From: Pseudomonadota bacterium | GTDB lineage: Bacteria > Bdellovibrionota > UBA1018 | Length of the DNA stretch: 48,040 nucleotides | NCBI GenBank assembly: GCA_039800365.1 | Contig: JBDLQW010000041.1 | Span: 1 to 48,040, forward strand | Reading direction: 5' to 3' | Shown: positions 10,225-19,859 of the stretch, one piece after another | Numbering within the stretch: the first letter of the stretch is position 1 | Layout of the letters: every line of letters begins with the position of its first letter | The notes under the pieces: model-generated | Told to the model about the DNA's origin: nothing | Database searches by the model: none | Seen by the model: only the letters and a program-made list of their open reading frames with translations | Made by a program: the position numbers and the translations under genes

Positions 10225-11394
10225 TTGCTCGGCGCTAGACCTTGGAATTGGAATACTCTTCGAACACGGCTCACGCTCAGCATGAAGGGTGTTGACCCCG
10301 TGATCTTGGTTTTGACCTGCGGAATGGTGATTTTTGGGCTGGTTATGGTTTACAGCTCATCATTCATTCTTGCGCAAGAGCGCACGGGCAGTGGGTTTAG
10401 CTTCATTCAAAAGCAGCTGGTCTTTGCCATCATCGGGGCCTTAGCCATGGTCTTCTCGTCGCAGATTCCCTACGAGCGATGGAAGGAGCGTGCGTATCCA
10501 GTGCTGGGTTCAGCCGCTTTTCTGCTCCTTCTGGTTTTGATTCCGGGAATTGGTGCGAAGTCAGGGGGGGCGCAACGCTGGATTGGGCTAGGAGCTTTGC
10601 GATTTCAGCCAAGCGAATGGGCTAAGTTTGCGGCGATGGTTTTCGTGGCTCGGCAGCTTACCGTGAAGCAGGACCTTCTGAAACGCTTCGTTCCGTCTGT
10701 GGGAGCCGTCTTTCTGCTCTTGATTCCGATTTTTGGTCTGCTGCTGTTACAGCCAGACTTTGGCAGCACTATGGTCATCGTCGGAGTTTCGTTTCTTCTG
10801 CTTTTCCTTGCGGGCGTTCCGATGCTTTTTCTCGGTAGCGTGATGACGGTTGCGGGCGCGGGCGCTGCCGTTCTGGCAATGAGTTCTGCCTATCGGCGGG
10901 CTCGTGTTCTGGCCTTTCTTGACCCCTGGAGTGACCCAGCAGGCAAAGGCTTTCAAGTCATTCAGAGTATGGTGGGGCTGCACTCGGGCAGTTTGACCGG
11001 CGTAGGTTTAGGGAATGGCAAGGAGAAGCTTTTTTTCCTTCCTGAGGCTCATAATGACTTCATTTTTTCCGTCATTGGCGAAGAGCTTGGATTTATCGGT
11101 GTGGCCGCTGTTCTGGTGTCATTTTTAGTCTTCATCCAGCGAGGGCTGATGATTGCCGCTCGTTGCCGCGAGACCACCGGTGATTTGTTCGGAAGTCTTT
11201 TGGCTGCAGGCATTACCTTACTCCTGGGTCTACAAGGTCTCGTGAACATGGCGGTGGTTATGGGTTTGGTTCCTACCAAGGGCCTGGCCTTGCCATTCAT
11301 GAGCTACGGGGGCTCGGCGTTGGTGATCGATCTTTTTGCGGTCGGTGTTTTGTTAAATATCTCACGTCGCCAGTCCGTTGGGCGTCACGCATGA
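10225..11394 (+). CDS. ftsW: SEDS-family peptidoglycan polymerase / cell division protein FtsW
   Basis: Polytopic membrane protein with LPEAHNDFIFSVIGEELG and PTKGLALPFMSYGGS motifs. AGGAGG lies 4 nt upstream of the TTG at 10225; alternative ATG at 10282. Confidence 0.88.
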   Translation: MLGARPWNWNTLRTRLTLSMKGVDPVILVLTCGMVIFGLVMVYSSSFILAQERTGSGFSFIQKQLVFAIIGALAMVFSSQIPYERWKERAYPVLGSAAFLLLLVLIPGIGAKSGGAQRWIGLGALRFQPSEWAKFAAMVFVARQLTVKQDLLKRFVPSVGAVFLLLIPIFGLLLLQPDFGSTMVIVGVSFLLLFLAGVPMLFLGSVMTVAGAGAAVLAMSSAYRRARVLAFLDPWSDPAGKGFQVIQSMVGLHSGSLTGVGLGNGKEKLFFLPEAHNDFIFSVIGEELGFIGVAAVLVSFLVFIQRGLMIAARCRETTGDLFGSLLAAGITLLLGLQGLVNMAVVMGLVPTKGLALPFMSYGGSALVIDLFAVGVLLNISRRQSVGRHA

Positions 11395-12494
11395 AGGTGT
11401 TTTTCGCGGGGGGCGGTACCGCCGGGCATTTGTATGCGGGCATTGCCTTGGCCGATCGCTTGAAGCAAATTCATCCGAATGCCTCGATTTGCTTTTTTGG
11501 GGCTCGAGGAGGAATGGAAGAACGCTTGGTTCCCAAAGCCGGCTATTCGCTGCGTCTGGTGGCTATTGGCGCTTGGAATGGAAGCTCGCTTCTCAGGAGA
11601 GCCAAGACCGCTGTTCAGCTTCCGTGGGCCTGCCTCCGTGCGCTTTTTTGGCTTTTGAGCGCTCGTCCCGAACTCGTCATTGGGGTCGGGGGATATGCTT
11701 CTTTTCCGGTGGTCGGGATGGCAGGGCTGACCTCGTGGCTGTGGCGCGGTCGAGTGGTGGTTCTTGAGCAGAACGTGCTTCCCGGGCTTACGAATCGGAT
11801 TTTAGGTCGGCTCGCCAGTCGAGTTTTCGCGGCTTTTCCGGGCGCAGAGGGCGTTTTCTCTGAAGGCAAAGTCGTGGTGACGGGAAACCCGATCCGAAGT
11901 TCGATGAGGCGGGTGCCACCCGCTCAAGGTGAAGTCTTCACTGTTTTTGTTTTTGGCGGAAGCCAAGGTGCTATCGGCATCAATAGCCTGGTCATCGAAG
12001 CGATTGAAGCGTTGGCAGTTCGCAATGCGCCCGATCGCCAGCGGCTTCGGTGGATTCACCAGACCGGCGAGAAGGACTTTGAGCGCGTTCGAGCGGCTCA
12101 CGAACGTTTCAGCACTGGGGCTCGAGTCGAAAAGTTCATCTACGACATGCCGGATTGTTATGCGCAGTCGAGTCTGCTGATCTGTCGAGCGGGCTCTTCG
12201 ACGCTGGCAGAGGTAGCGACTGTGGGCCGGGCAGCGATTCTAATTCCTTTGGTCTCGGCCGATCGCCATCAAGAGTTTAACGCCCAGCTTTTCGCAGAAG
12301 CAGGCGCAGCTGAGATCCGGCTTCAGAAACAAACGAATGGGGCTCAGCTCGCAGACTTGATCCTTGCCCTGGCTAACGATAGGGGACGGGTCGAAGCCAT
12401 GGAAAACAAGGTCACTCAATTTGCTCGTCCTGATGCGATTGATCGGATTTTTGCCGACCTTTTTCCGAGCGCTAACGAGAAAGAACGAGCATGA
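11391..12494 (+). CDS. murG: UDP-N-acetylglucosamine--N-acetylmuramyl-(pentapeptide) pyrophosphoryl-undecaprenol GlcNAc transferase
   Basis: GGGTAGH motif and the GT28 C-terminal region (LLICRAGSSTLAE). ATGA overlap with ftsW. Confidence 0.9.
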   Translation: MKVFFAGGGTAGHLYAGIALADRLKQIHPNASICFFGARGGMEERLVPKAGYSLRLVAIGAWNGSSLLRRAKTAVQLPWACLRALFWLLSARPELVIGVGGYASFPVVGMAGLTSWLWRGRVVVLEQNVLPGLTNRILGRLASRVFAAFPGAEGVFSEGKVVVTGNPIRSSMRRVPPAQGEVFTVFVFGGSQGAIGINSLVIEAIEALAVRNAPDRQRLRWIHQTGEKDFERVRAAHERFSTGARVEKFIYDMPDCYAQSSLLICRAGSSTLAEVATVGRAAILIPLVSADRHQEFNAQLFAEAGAAEIRLQKQTNGAQLADLILALANDRGRVEAMENKVTQFARPDAIDRIFADLFPSANEKERA

Positions 12495-13894
12495 AAATCC
12501 GAAAAGAGCGAAGCGATCTCAACCTTCATTTCATTGGCGTTGGCGGGATCGGCATGAGCGGGATCGCCCAAGTATTCCTTAATCAGGGATTTCGAGTCAG
12601 TGGATCAGACCTGGCCGACTCCGATACCTCGCGCCGGCTTGAGCAGCTCGGGCTGAGGTTTCACGTAGGCCACTCTTCAGATCACGTGCGAGACGCAGAT
12701 GTGGTGGTCGTCTCGTCAGCCGTAAAAAGCGATAATCCAGAGGTCTTAGAGGCTCGTCGTCGCCATATTCCGGTCATTCCTCGGGCCGAGATGTTGGGAG
12801 AGCTGATGCGGGGAAAATGCGGCATCGCTATTGCCGGCACCCACGGAAAGACCACGACGACCTCGATGCTAGCCACGGTCTTAACGGCGGCTCACTGGGA
12901 TCCCACCATGGTCATCGGCGGAAAGGTCGATTCTTTAGGTGGCAATGCGAAGCTCGGTCAGGGCGAATTCGTAGTGGCTGAAGCCGATGAGAGTGATGGG
13001 TCTTTTCTGCATCTTCCGGCTACTTATTCGGTGATTACCAATATCGATAACGACCATCTCGATCACTATGGGTCATTGAAAGCCATCGATGACGCTTTCG
13101 CTGAGTTTGTCGCTAAAATCCCATTCTACGGACTTGCCGCCGTTTGTGCCGAAGACTCGGGGGTGCGGCGCAACCTTTCGCGCTTCATTAAGCCGTTTGT
13201 TACGTATGGGTTCTCAGATCAATGGGATTATTCTGCTTTTGATTTAGTCTCTGAAGCCTTTGGCTCGCGCTTTCAGGTTCGACATCGCGTAGATGGGAAC
13301 CTGGGCGAAGTGACCTTGCAGGTTCCAGGTCGTCACAATGTTTTGAATGCTTTAGCTGTGGTTGCGATTTGCCGAGCGCTGCAGATGCCGTTTTCGCAGA
13401 TTGCCTCAGGACTAGCGCAGTATTGCGGGGTAAAGCGCCGATTTGAGATTCGTTGGCGCGATGAGCGTTCGAAGCAGATGATTGTAGACGATTACGGTCA
13501 TCACCCCACCGAAATTGAGGCCACTCTTGCGGCAGCTCGGCAGGTTTGGAAGGGAAGGCTGGTGGTGGTTTTTCAGCCCCATCGCTACACGCGTACTTTG
13601 CATTGCCGAGACGGGTTTATGCGGGCGTTTCACGATGCAGATGTCGTTCTGCTTACCGATATCTACGGTGCTGGCGAGTCACCGATTGAGGGCGTGAGTT
13701 CCGAGGCTTTGGCCGATGAAATGCGTCGGGTGGCCCGCTCTGATCAACAAATTCATCATGTGGGAAATCTCGCTGGCGCTACCTCCGAGGTGCTCAGGCG
13801 ATTTCAGCAGGGTGATCTCGTGCTTTGCATGGGGGCTGGTACGATTACGAAGCTTCCTGATGAGCTGATGAAGCATCTGGTGATTTCGACATGA
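12491..13894 (+). CDS. murC: UDP-N-acetylmuramate--L-alanine ligase
   Basis: HFIGVGGIGMSGIA and P-loop GTHGKTTTTSM. ATGA overlap with murG. Confidence 0.9.
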   Translation: MKIRKERSDLNLHFIGVGGIGMSGIAQVFLNQGFRVSGSDLADSDTSRRLEQLGLRFHVGHSSDHVRDADVVVVSSAVKSDNPEVLEARRRHIPVIPRAEMLGELMRGKCGIAIAGTHGKTTTTSMLATVLTAAHWDPTMVIGGKVDSLGGNAKLGQGEFVVAEADESDGSFLHLPATYSVITNIDNDHLDHYGSLKAIDDAFAEFVAKIPFYGLAAVCAEDSGVRRNLSRFIKPFVTYGFSDQWDYSAFDLVSEAFGSRFQVRHRVDGNLGEVTLQVPGRHNVLNALAVVAICRALQMPFSQIASGLAQYCGVKRRFEIRWRDERSKQMIVDDYGHHPTEIEATLAAARQVWKGRLVVVFQPHRYTRTLHCRDGFMRAFHDADVVLLTDIYGAGESPIEGVSSEALADEMRRVARSDQQIHHVGNLAGATSEVLRRFQQGDLVLCMGAGTITKLPDELMKHLVIST

Positions 13895-14823
13895 CGGCAT
13901 GGCAGTGGTTTCGTGAGCATGCGTCTGAATTTCAAGGCGAGCTTCGCTTTGACGAGCCTCTGAGTCGTCACACGTACTATCGAATCGGCGGCGCTACCCC
14001 GCTCATGGCTCTACCGAAAGGCGAATCGGATCTGGCTTGGCTCAAGCAAGGCATAGAGCAAACTGGGGTTGAGTTTTTTATCTTGGGGCTGGGATCGAAC
14101 CTCTTGGTTTCAGATGAGGGATATCCAGGGCTGGTGATCAAGACTTCGCGGCTTGATCTTTCAATTGGGCTCGATGCCTCTTCAAGCCTACTGCGTACAG
14201 GGGCGAGTGTGGCTGTTTCAAGTTTGCTTCGGCGCGCGGCCCAGGAAGGATGGTCGGGGCTCGAGTGTTTGGCCGGGGTTCCAGGCTCAGTGGGGGGCGT
14301 TGTGGTCATGAACGCAGGAACCCATCTCGGCGAGGCACAAGAGCGGGTTCATCGCGTGGGCGCCTATCTGCTTCATGCTGCGCAACTTCAGGTTTGGGAC
14401 CGATCCGAAATGGCGTTTGAATACCGTCGTCATCGATTTTTGCCGGAAGGCGCGATCGTTACCTGGGTCGACTGGAAGATCACTCCGACTGACCCTCAGC
14501 AAGTGAAGCGAGTGCTTGACGAGACTCTTGAACGACGAAAAAGCACTCAGCCCGTTGATTTTCCATCCTGCGGAAGCGTTTTTAAAAACCCGCGAGCGAC
14601 GGGTCTTCGCGCTTGGCAAGTCGTTGATCGCTTAGGCCTTCGAGGGCATCAAATCGGAAACGCGCAGTTTGCCGAGAAGCACAGCAACTTCATCATCAAT
14701 CGGGGCGGGGCACTCGCTGCCGATGTTCGAGCCTTGATTGAGCTGGCCAAGGCTCGTGCAAAGGCCGAGCTAGGAATCGAGCTCGAAGAAGAAGTGAAGT
14801 ACCTCGGCCCCTTTCGCTTTTGA
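13891..14823 (+). CDS. murB: UDP-N-acetylenolpyruvoylglucosamine reductase
   Basis: FAD-binding YYRIGGA...LGLGSNLLVSD and GSVFKNP motifs. ATGA overlap with murC. Confidence 0.9.
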   Translation: MTAWQWFREHASEFQGELRFDEPLSRHTYYRIGGATPLMALPKGESDLAWLKQGIEQTGVEFFILGLGSNLLVSDEGYPGLVIKTSRLDLSIGLDASSSLLRTGASVAVSSLLRRAAQEGWSGLECLAGVPGSVGGVVVMNAGTHLGEAQERVHRVGAYLLHAAQLQVWDRSEMAFEYRRHRFLPEGAIVTWVDWKITPTDPQQVKRVLDETLERRKSTQPVDFPSCGSVFKNPRATGLRAWQVVDRLGLRGHQIGNAQFAEKHSNFIINRGGALAADVRALIELAKARAKAELGIELEEEVKYLGPFRF

Positions 14824-14853
14824 GCGAGTGGGCCCTTCTTTCGATCTTGTACC

Positions 14854-16227
14854 TTAGTCTGCAGTGTAGGGAACCACCACAACTCGCTCTTCGGCAACTC
14901 CGGCTTTCTCAGCAAGTGCTGACTTCAGGTTTTTGGCAGTGCCCAAGACCGTGATTGTCAGTTTACTAGGATCAAGAAACCGAGAGAGGGCTCGATTCAC
15001 GTCAGTACGACTGACGGACCGTAAGTTTTTCGACAAATCCTTGAAGAAGCCGCGAGGAAGGTTGAGTGTTTCCTCAAGAATTCGGTTTTCCATTCGCTTC
15101 TTCGGGGTGTCATTCAAGAATGCGGCCCCATTAATCGAGCTCGTCTTGGCAATGGTGAATTCCTGTTCAGAAATGCCTTCGCGTTGCAGCGTCTCGATCA
15201 TCCCGAGAGTATGTGCCAGGGCTGCCGGGGTGTCCTTCTCAGCCGGAAATAGATACACTTGCCAAGATCGTGGTTGCAGGCCGAAACGAAATTGGCTTCG
15301 AGCTCCATACGACCAACCGCGCTTCACGCGAATTTCCTGCATCAGCCGTGAAGTGAAGGATCCTCCTCCGAAAGCTGCATTGCCGAGATAAAGCGCGTAA
15401 TAATCCTGATCCGTCATTTTTACGCCAAGCTGTCCGATGAGGATCTGGGTTTGAGTGCGCTCAGGCTTGTCAACGATCTCTAAGCGACGTCCGCTGGGAA
15501 GAGTGGGAGGTGACACTCGGACTAGTGCGGGTTCGGTCTTCTTTCGAAGCGCGCTCTCTAGACGAGTAGCCCAGTCCTGAAGAGTCGCCGCAGACCAATC
15601 GCCAGTCGCTAAGAGCAGAAAAGACGCGGGCTGAAGCAGTTGTTCGTAATGGGTCGTGAGGTCAGAGGATTGAAAGCTCGAGACTTCAGAGGCGATTCCT
15701 TCGACCGGTCGTCCATAGGGATGGCCCGCAAAAAGAAACTGAGTGAACTTCGTGCTCGCTAGCGCCTGGTCATTTCCTTTTTGGGCCAGCAGAGCCGAGA
15801 GGGTTTCTTTTTTGAGTTTCTCGAGCTCTACTTTCGGAAATCCAGGCTCGGTGAGGATCTCGGTTAGTAAAGATAAGAGCTCGGGTGTTTTTGAGCTTAA
15901 AGAGGCCGCACGCAGGATGACCGCTTCGGCTCTGGTTTCAATAGCCAGCTCGGCGCCCCACTGATCCAGCAGCACGTCGATCTGACTTTTGGTGTGCTTT
16001 CGGGTTCCACGCAAAAGCATTTCGGTCATGAAATCAGTGAGTCCGGTTTTTCCCTTGGGGTCGCTGACGGCCCCCTGGCGAATGACGAGATTCAGGTAAG
16101 CCAAAGGAAGTCGTCGATCTTCTTCAACAATGACGTCAAAGGCGTTCGCGGCGGTAGCTTTCGCGATCATGATGGCAAGTGATAATGCGGTCAGGAGGGT
16201 GATTCGACGGGATGGATTTGTTTTCAT
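14854..16227 (-). CDS. Secreted M16 (pitrilysin) family peptidase, non-catalytic-type subunit (no HxxEH)
   Basis: Sec signal (LLTALSLAIMIAKATAANA). M16 fold-like sequence without the zinc motif. Paired with the upstream HxxEH-bearing M16 gene, 22-nt gap. Confidence 0.75.
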   Translation of the reverse strand: MKTNPSRRITLLTALSLAIMIAKATAANAFDVIVEEDRRLPLAYLNLVIRQGAVSDPKGKTGLTDFMTEMLLRGTRKHTKSQIDVLLDQWGAELAIETRAEAVILRAASLSSKTPELLSLLTEILTEPGFPKVELEKLKKETLSALLAQKGNDQALASTKFTQFLFAGHPYGRPVEGIASEVSSFQSSDLTTHYEQLLQPASFLLLATGDWSAATLQDWATRLESALRKKTEPALVRVSPPTLPSGRRLEIVDKPERTQTQILIGQLGVKMTDQDYYALYLGNAAFGGGSFTSRLMQEIRVKRGWSYGARSQFRFGLQPRSWQVYLFPAEKDTPAALAHTLGMIETLQREGISEQEFTIAKTSSINGAAFLNDTPKKRMENRILEETLNLPRGFFKDLSKNLRSVSRTDVNRALSRFLDPSKLTITVLGTAKNLKSALAEKAGVAEERVVVVPYTAD

Positions 16228-16249
16228 CGTGTGGTCCTCAAGTGGGTGG

Positions 16250-17608
16250 CTATTTTTTTAAACCTAAGACGACGGTTCGCGCCCGCCCCATGAAGTACTT
16301 GCGGGCAACCTCGCGAATTTCCTTCGGCGTCACCGCTAGTCGACGGTGATGAAATTCAAGCCCCCGCTCGAGACCTCCCGCTTGCAGCTCGTGATGGCCG
16401 ATGAAGCGCGCCTTTTCAGAGTTGCTTTCAAGGCCACCGTAAAATTCAAAGCTCAGGAGATTTCGAGCTCGCTCGAGTTCTTGCATCGAAACCTCGTGGC
16501 GGCTCAGGCGCTCGAGCTCTTTGAGGATGACCTGCTCAGCGGTCGTCGCTTTGGCTTTGGCTTGCATCGAGGCCGAGAACAAGAAAAGCGATGGTGATCG
16601 TGCATCAATAGCGTATCCACCCGCTGAGCTGGCGATACCTGACTCGACTAGAGCTTTTTGGAGACGACTGCTTCGACCGCCTGAGAGAATCATTTGAATC
16701 ATGTCGAGAGCGGCCATGTCAGGGTGATCGAGGGCTGGAATGTGAAAAGCCATCATCAATTTCTCGACCTGAATGTTCAGTCGAAGAGATTTTCTTCGAG
16801 TCGAAATTTGAGCGGGCTCAGCCGAGTAATGAGGCGTTTCAAGCGGTATCGCAGAATAACTTCCGTAGTATTTCTCGATGAGACCTCTGACTTTTTTTGC
16901 GTTCACATCGCCTGAGACGACGATTACTGCCCGATTTGGGGCATAGTGCTGCTGATAGAAGCTTCGAGCATCCTGAGCGGTCATTTTCGCCAGATCGTCG
17001 GCATATCCAATCACGGGCCAATGATACGGATGCTTTTCAAAGGCCAAGTGATAGATCTCTTGATAGATCAGGCCATCAGGACTGTTTTCGTTTCGAAAAC
17101 GCCGCTCATTCTGCACAACCTCTTGCTCGGTTTTGAAGGATTGATCGTTTACGATCAGATTTCGCATGCGGTCGGCTTCGAGCTGGATCACAAGTTCGAG
17201 GCGATCGTTCGGAAGCTCTTCAATATAAGTAGTGTGGTCGTGCGTTGTATAGGCGTTTTGGCCTTCTGCGCCCGCTTCGTCCAAAATGCGATCAAATTCG
17301 CCATCCGGAACTGCAGGAGTTCCCTTGAACATCATGTGCTCAAATAAGTGAGCAAGACCCGTCTTCCCCGGGACTTCGTCTCGTGACCCGACGTCAAACC
17401 AGGTCTGATAAGCAAAGGTGGGGGCAGAGTGGTCTTCGTGCACGATCAGCCGCAGCCCATTGGGCAAAAGATACCGAGTGGCTTGTAGCGAGGGGATCAT
17501 CTCGATCGATTCTGGGGCTCGTGCTTCTCTGGGGCTGGGTTGAAGACTGGAGCAAGACGCGAGAGACAAGATTCCGACGCCCGCAAAAACAGCTTTTTTG
17601 ATTTTCAT
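16250..17608 (-). CDS. M16 (pitrilysin) family zinc peptidase, probable lipoprotein
   Basis: HLFEHMMFKG (inverted zinc motif HxxEH). Start placed at the ATG at 17608, giving MKIKKAVFAGVGILSLASCSS (lipobox LASC). The ORF-track start at 17710 would overlap ftsQ. Confidence 0.85.
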   Translation of the reverse strand: MKIKKAVFAGVGILSLASCSSLQPSPREARAPESIEMIPSLQATRYLLPNGLRLIVHEDHSAPTFAYQTWFDVGSRDEVPGKTGLAHLFEHMMFKGTPAVPDGEFDRILDEAGAEGQNAYTTHDHTTYIEELPNDRLELVIQLEADRMRNLIVNDQSFKTEQEVVQNERRFRNENSPDGLIYQEIYHLAFEKHPYHWPVIGYADDLAKMTAQDARSFYQQHYAPNRAVIVVSGDVNAKKVRGLIEKYYGSYSAIPLETPHYSAEPAQISTRRKSLRLNIQVEKLMMAFHIPALDHPDMAALDMIQMILSGGRSSRLQKALVESGIASSAGGYAIDARSPSLFLFSASMQAKAKATTAEQVILKELERLSRHEVSMQELERARNLLSFEFYGGLESNSEKARFIGHHELQAGGLERGLEFHHRRLAVTPKEIREVARKYFMGRARTVVLGLKK

Positions 17609-17649
17609 ATTGGCCTCGTGAAGAATGATTTTTACACTGTAAGCTACCC

Positions 17650-18450
17650 ATGCGGTCAACGAAAGCACTACCGACATTGATTTTCTCAGGCCTGATGTTT
17701 CTGGCGGCAATCGTCGGAGTCTATTCGGCTCTTCATTCCTCTCTTTTTATGGTTCGAGTGCTGGAGGTCAACGACCAGCCCGCCGATGCGCCACTCGACT
17801 CGAAAGAAGTGATCGCGCTTGCAGCCGTCGAGCTAGATAAGAAGAGCTTGTTTGCTTTGAATTTGGAAGAAATCCAAACGAGGTTAATGAAAAACCATTG
17901 GGTTCGCGGAGTGATTCTGACTAAACGCTTTCCGCAGACCTTGGCGATTCAGGTCATTTATCGACAGCCCATCGCGCTCATGCAGGGTACGCAGGGGTTG
18001 CTCAAGTATGTTGATGCTGATGGAAGTCTCTTTGGTCCGGTAACCTTGAGGGGGAGGGCGGACCTCCCCGTGATTCATGGACTTCCCTTGGGGGCTGCGG
18101 GTGAGCGGCTTCTTGCGCGAGCCACCAAGACGCTTCAAGTTTGGAGTCAACACTCTTGGAAGACGGCAAACCAAGTGTCGCAGGTCACTTGGGATGAGGA
18201 AGAGGGAATCAGTTTGTGGATTGCTTTTGAGCCCTCGTATCGAGTTTCTGTGGTTCTCGGGCCCGAATGGGAGCCCGAAGCCACTCCAGTCGGCGCTCCC
18301 GGAGGTGAGGGGGGGCGTCCCGAGGCGGCTGAGCTATTCGCCCGAATTGATTCGGTTCTTCAGTATTCGGTCGCCCATTCGGTTCCGGTTCGTCAAATCT
18401 TCGCCGATGCTCACAAAAAAATAGTTGTCAGGACTGCTCGACGTTCTTAG
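17650..18450 (+). CDS. ftsQ: Cell division protein FtsQ/DivIB (POTRA domain)
   Basis: N-terminal TM followed by a POTRA-like V.V.GN-type region (VRVLEVNDQ...). Positioned directly upstream of ftsA-ftsZ. Confidence 0.75.
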   Translation: MRSTKALPTLIFSGLMFLAAIVGVYSALHSSLFMVRVLEVNDQPADAPLDSKEVIALAAVELDKKSLFALNLEEIQTRLMKNHWVRGVILTKRFPQTLAIQVIYRQPIALMQGTQGLLKYVDADGSLFGPVTLRGRADLPVIHGLPLGAAGERLLARATKTLQVWSQHSWKTANQVSQVTWDEEEGISLWIAFEPSYRVSVVLGPEWEPEATPVGAPGGEGGRPEAAELFARIDSVLQYSVAHSVPVRQIFADAHKKIVVRTARRS

Positions 18451-18467
18451 ACTTCCTTAGAGCCAAG

Positions 18468-18517
18468 AGATCGACGCAGGATGCTCGATCTTTGACGACC
18501 GGGAAAGAATTTCCCGG
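18468..18517 (+). promoter_or_regulatory. Two stem-loops in the ftsA 5-prime leader; the first displays AGGAU in its loop
   Basis: First hairpin: AGAUCGA(C)GC-AGGAU-GC UCGAUCU (18468-18491). Second hairpin: CCGGGAAA-GAA-UUUCCCGG (18499-18517). Further GGA motifs (CAGGAAC, AAGGACGAGGGG) overlap the ftsA SD. Confidence 0.4.
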
Positions 18518-18544
18518 CTCAGGAACCAAGGACGAGGGGCAATC

Positions 18545-19783
18545 ATGTCCAACAAGAAGGATTTTGTTGTCGGGCTGGATATTGGAACCACGAAGATCTG
18601 CTGCATCGTGGGAGAAGTGAGTGAGGCAGGTCCGAATTCCATGATCGACATCATTGGAATCGGAACCGCCCCTTCGAATGGGCTCCGTAAAGGGGTCGTG
18701 ATCAATATCGATAGTACTGTCGATAGTATCAGCAAAGCCGTTGAAGAGGCTGAGCTCATGGCCGGAGTAGAGATCTCCACCGTTTATACGGGTATCGCCG
18801 GTGGCCATATCAAATCCTTCAATTCCAACGGAATTGTCGCGATCAAAGATAAAGAAATTCAGCAGGGAGATGTTCAGCGGGTCATTGATGCTGCCAAAGC
18901 GGTAGCCATTCCCCTCGACCGTGAAGTGATTCATATTATCCCGCAAGAGTACGTCATCGATGATCAAGATGGCATCCGCGATCCGATCGGAATGAGTGGC
19001 GTGCGCCTCGAAGCCAAGGTTCATATCGTTACAGGCGCTGTTTCCTCTGCTCAAAATATCATTAAGTGCGCTAACAAAGCGGGCCTGAATGTCGCTGAGA
19101 TTTGCCTCGAACCCATTGCTTCAAGCGAAGCGGTCTTGGCTCAGGACGAAAGAGACATCGGTGTCGTTCTGGTCGATATTGGCGGTGGGACGAGCGATAT
19201 CGCAATCTTTAAGGATGGCGCGATTGTACATACGGGAGTTCTGGCTATCGGTGGTCACCATATCACGAATGACATTTCGGTTGGACTTCGCGCACCGATC
19301 AGCGAAGCCGAAAAGATCAAGATTGATTACGGCTGCGCTCTAGCGTCGCTAGTGAATAGCGATGATACCATCGAGGTCGCCGGCGTCGGAGGCAGGAAGC
19401 CGCGCATTCTTTCGCGCAGGCTCTTGGCAGAAATCATCGAGCCTAGGGTTGAAGAGATTTTTCAGCTGATTCACACCGAAATTCAGAAATCAGGCTTTGC
19501 AAATGTTCTCTCAGGCGGCGTGGTCATCACGGGCGGTAGCACGCTCTTGGAGGGGATGCCTGAGCTGGCAGAGTGTGTTTTTGAGATGCCGGTGAAGCGA
19601 GGGCTGCCCATGGGAATCGGGGGCCTACGTGATGTCGTGAACAGCCCAAAGTACGCGACCGGAGTCGGTCTGCTGAAGTACGGTGCCCGACAATTGAGTC
19701 GCACTCGATTTCCGATTCGCGAGAAAAACATTTACGACAAGGTTCGAGGTTCGATGCGGAGTTGGATGAAGGATTTGTTTTAA
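18545..19783 (+). CDS. ftsA: Cell division protein FtsA (actin-like ATPase)
   Basis: VGLDIGTTKICCIVGE, VDIGGGTSDIAIF and VITGGSTLLEGM motifs. Confidence 0.92.
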   Translation: MSNKKDFVVGLDIGTTKICCIVGEVSEAGPNSMIDIIGIGTAPSNGLRKGVVINIDSTVDSISKAVEEAELMAGVEISTVYTGIAGGHIKSFNSNGIVAIKDKEIQQGDVQRVIDAAKAVAIPLDREVIHIIPQEYVIDDQDGIRDPIGMSGVRLEAKVHIVTGAVSSAQNIIKCANKAGLNVAEICLEPIASSEAVLAQDERDIGVVLVDIGGGTSDIAIFKDGAIVHTGVLAIGGHHITNDISVGLRAPISEAEKIKIDYGCALASLVNSDDTIEVAGVGGRKPRILSRRLLAEIIEPRVEEIFQLIHTEIQKSGFANVLSGGVVITGGSTLLEGMPELAECVFEMPVKRGLPMGIGGLRDVVNSPKYATGVGLLKYGARQLSRTRFPIREKNIYDKVRGSMRSWMKDLF

Positions 19784-19797
19784 GTCGGTAGGACAGG

Positions 19798-19859
19798 CCG
19801 GCCTGAGGCCGGTAAATCGTTCGGCGAAACGCCGAACCATCTTAAGGAAGAGGATCTTC
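19798..19859 (+). promoter_or_regulatory. Three stem-loops in the ftsA-ftsZ spacer
   Basis: CCGGCC-UGA-GGCCGG (19798-19812) and GUUCGGCG-AAA-CGCCGAAC (19819-19837). GAAGA-GGA-UCUUC (19847-19859) overlaps the ftsZ SD. None is followed by a U-tract. Confidence 0.4.

Noticed and set aside
17609-17710. Upstream-extended ORF-track starts: M16 at 17710, recR at 25920, dtd at 2309, regulator at 35744, rho at 30574, rpmE at 31873 and dksA-like A at 24016.
   Set aside because: The extensions overlap neighbouring genes or lie upstream of clear SD sequences, and they add residues absent from the conserved family N-termini. Internal starts with an SD and/or a 4-nt overlap were preferred.
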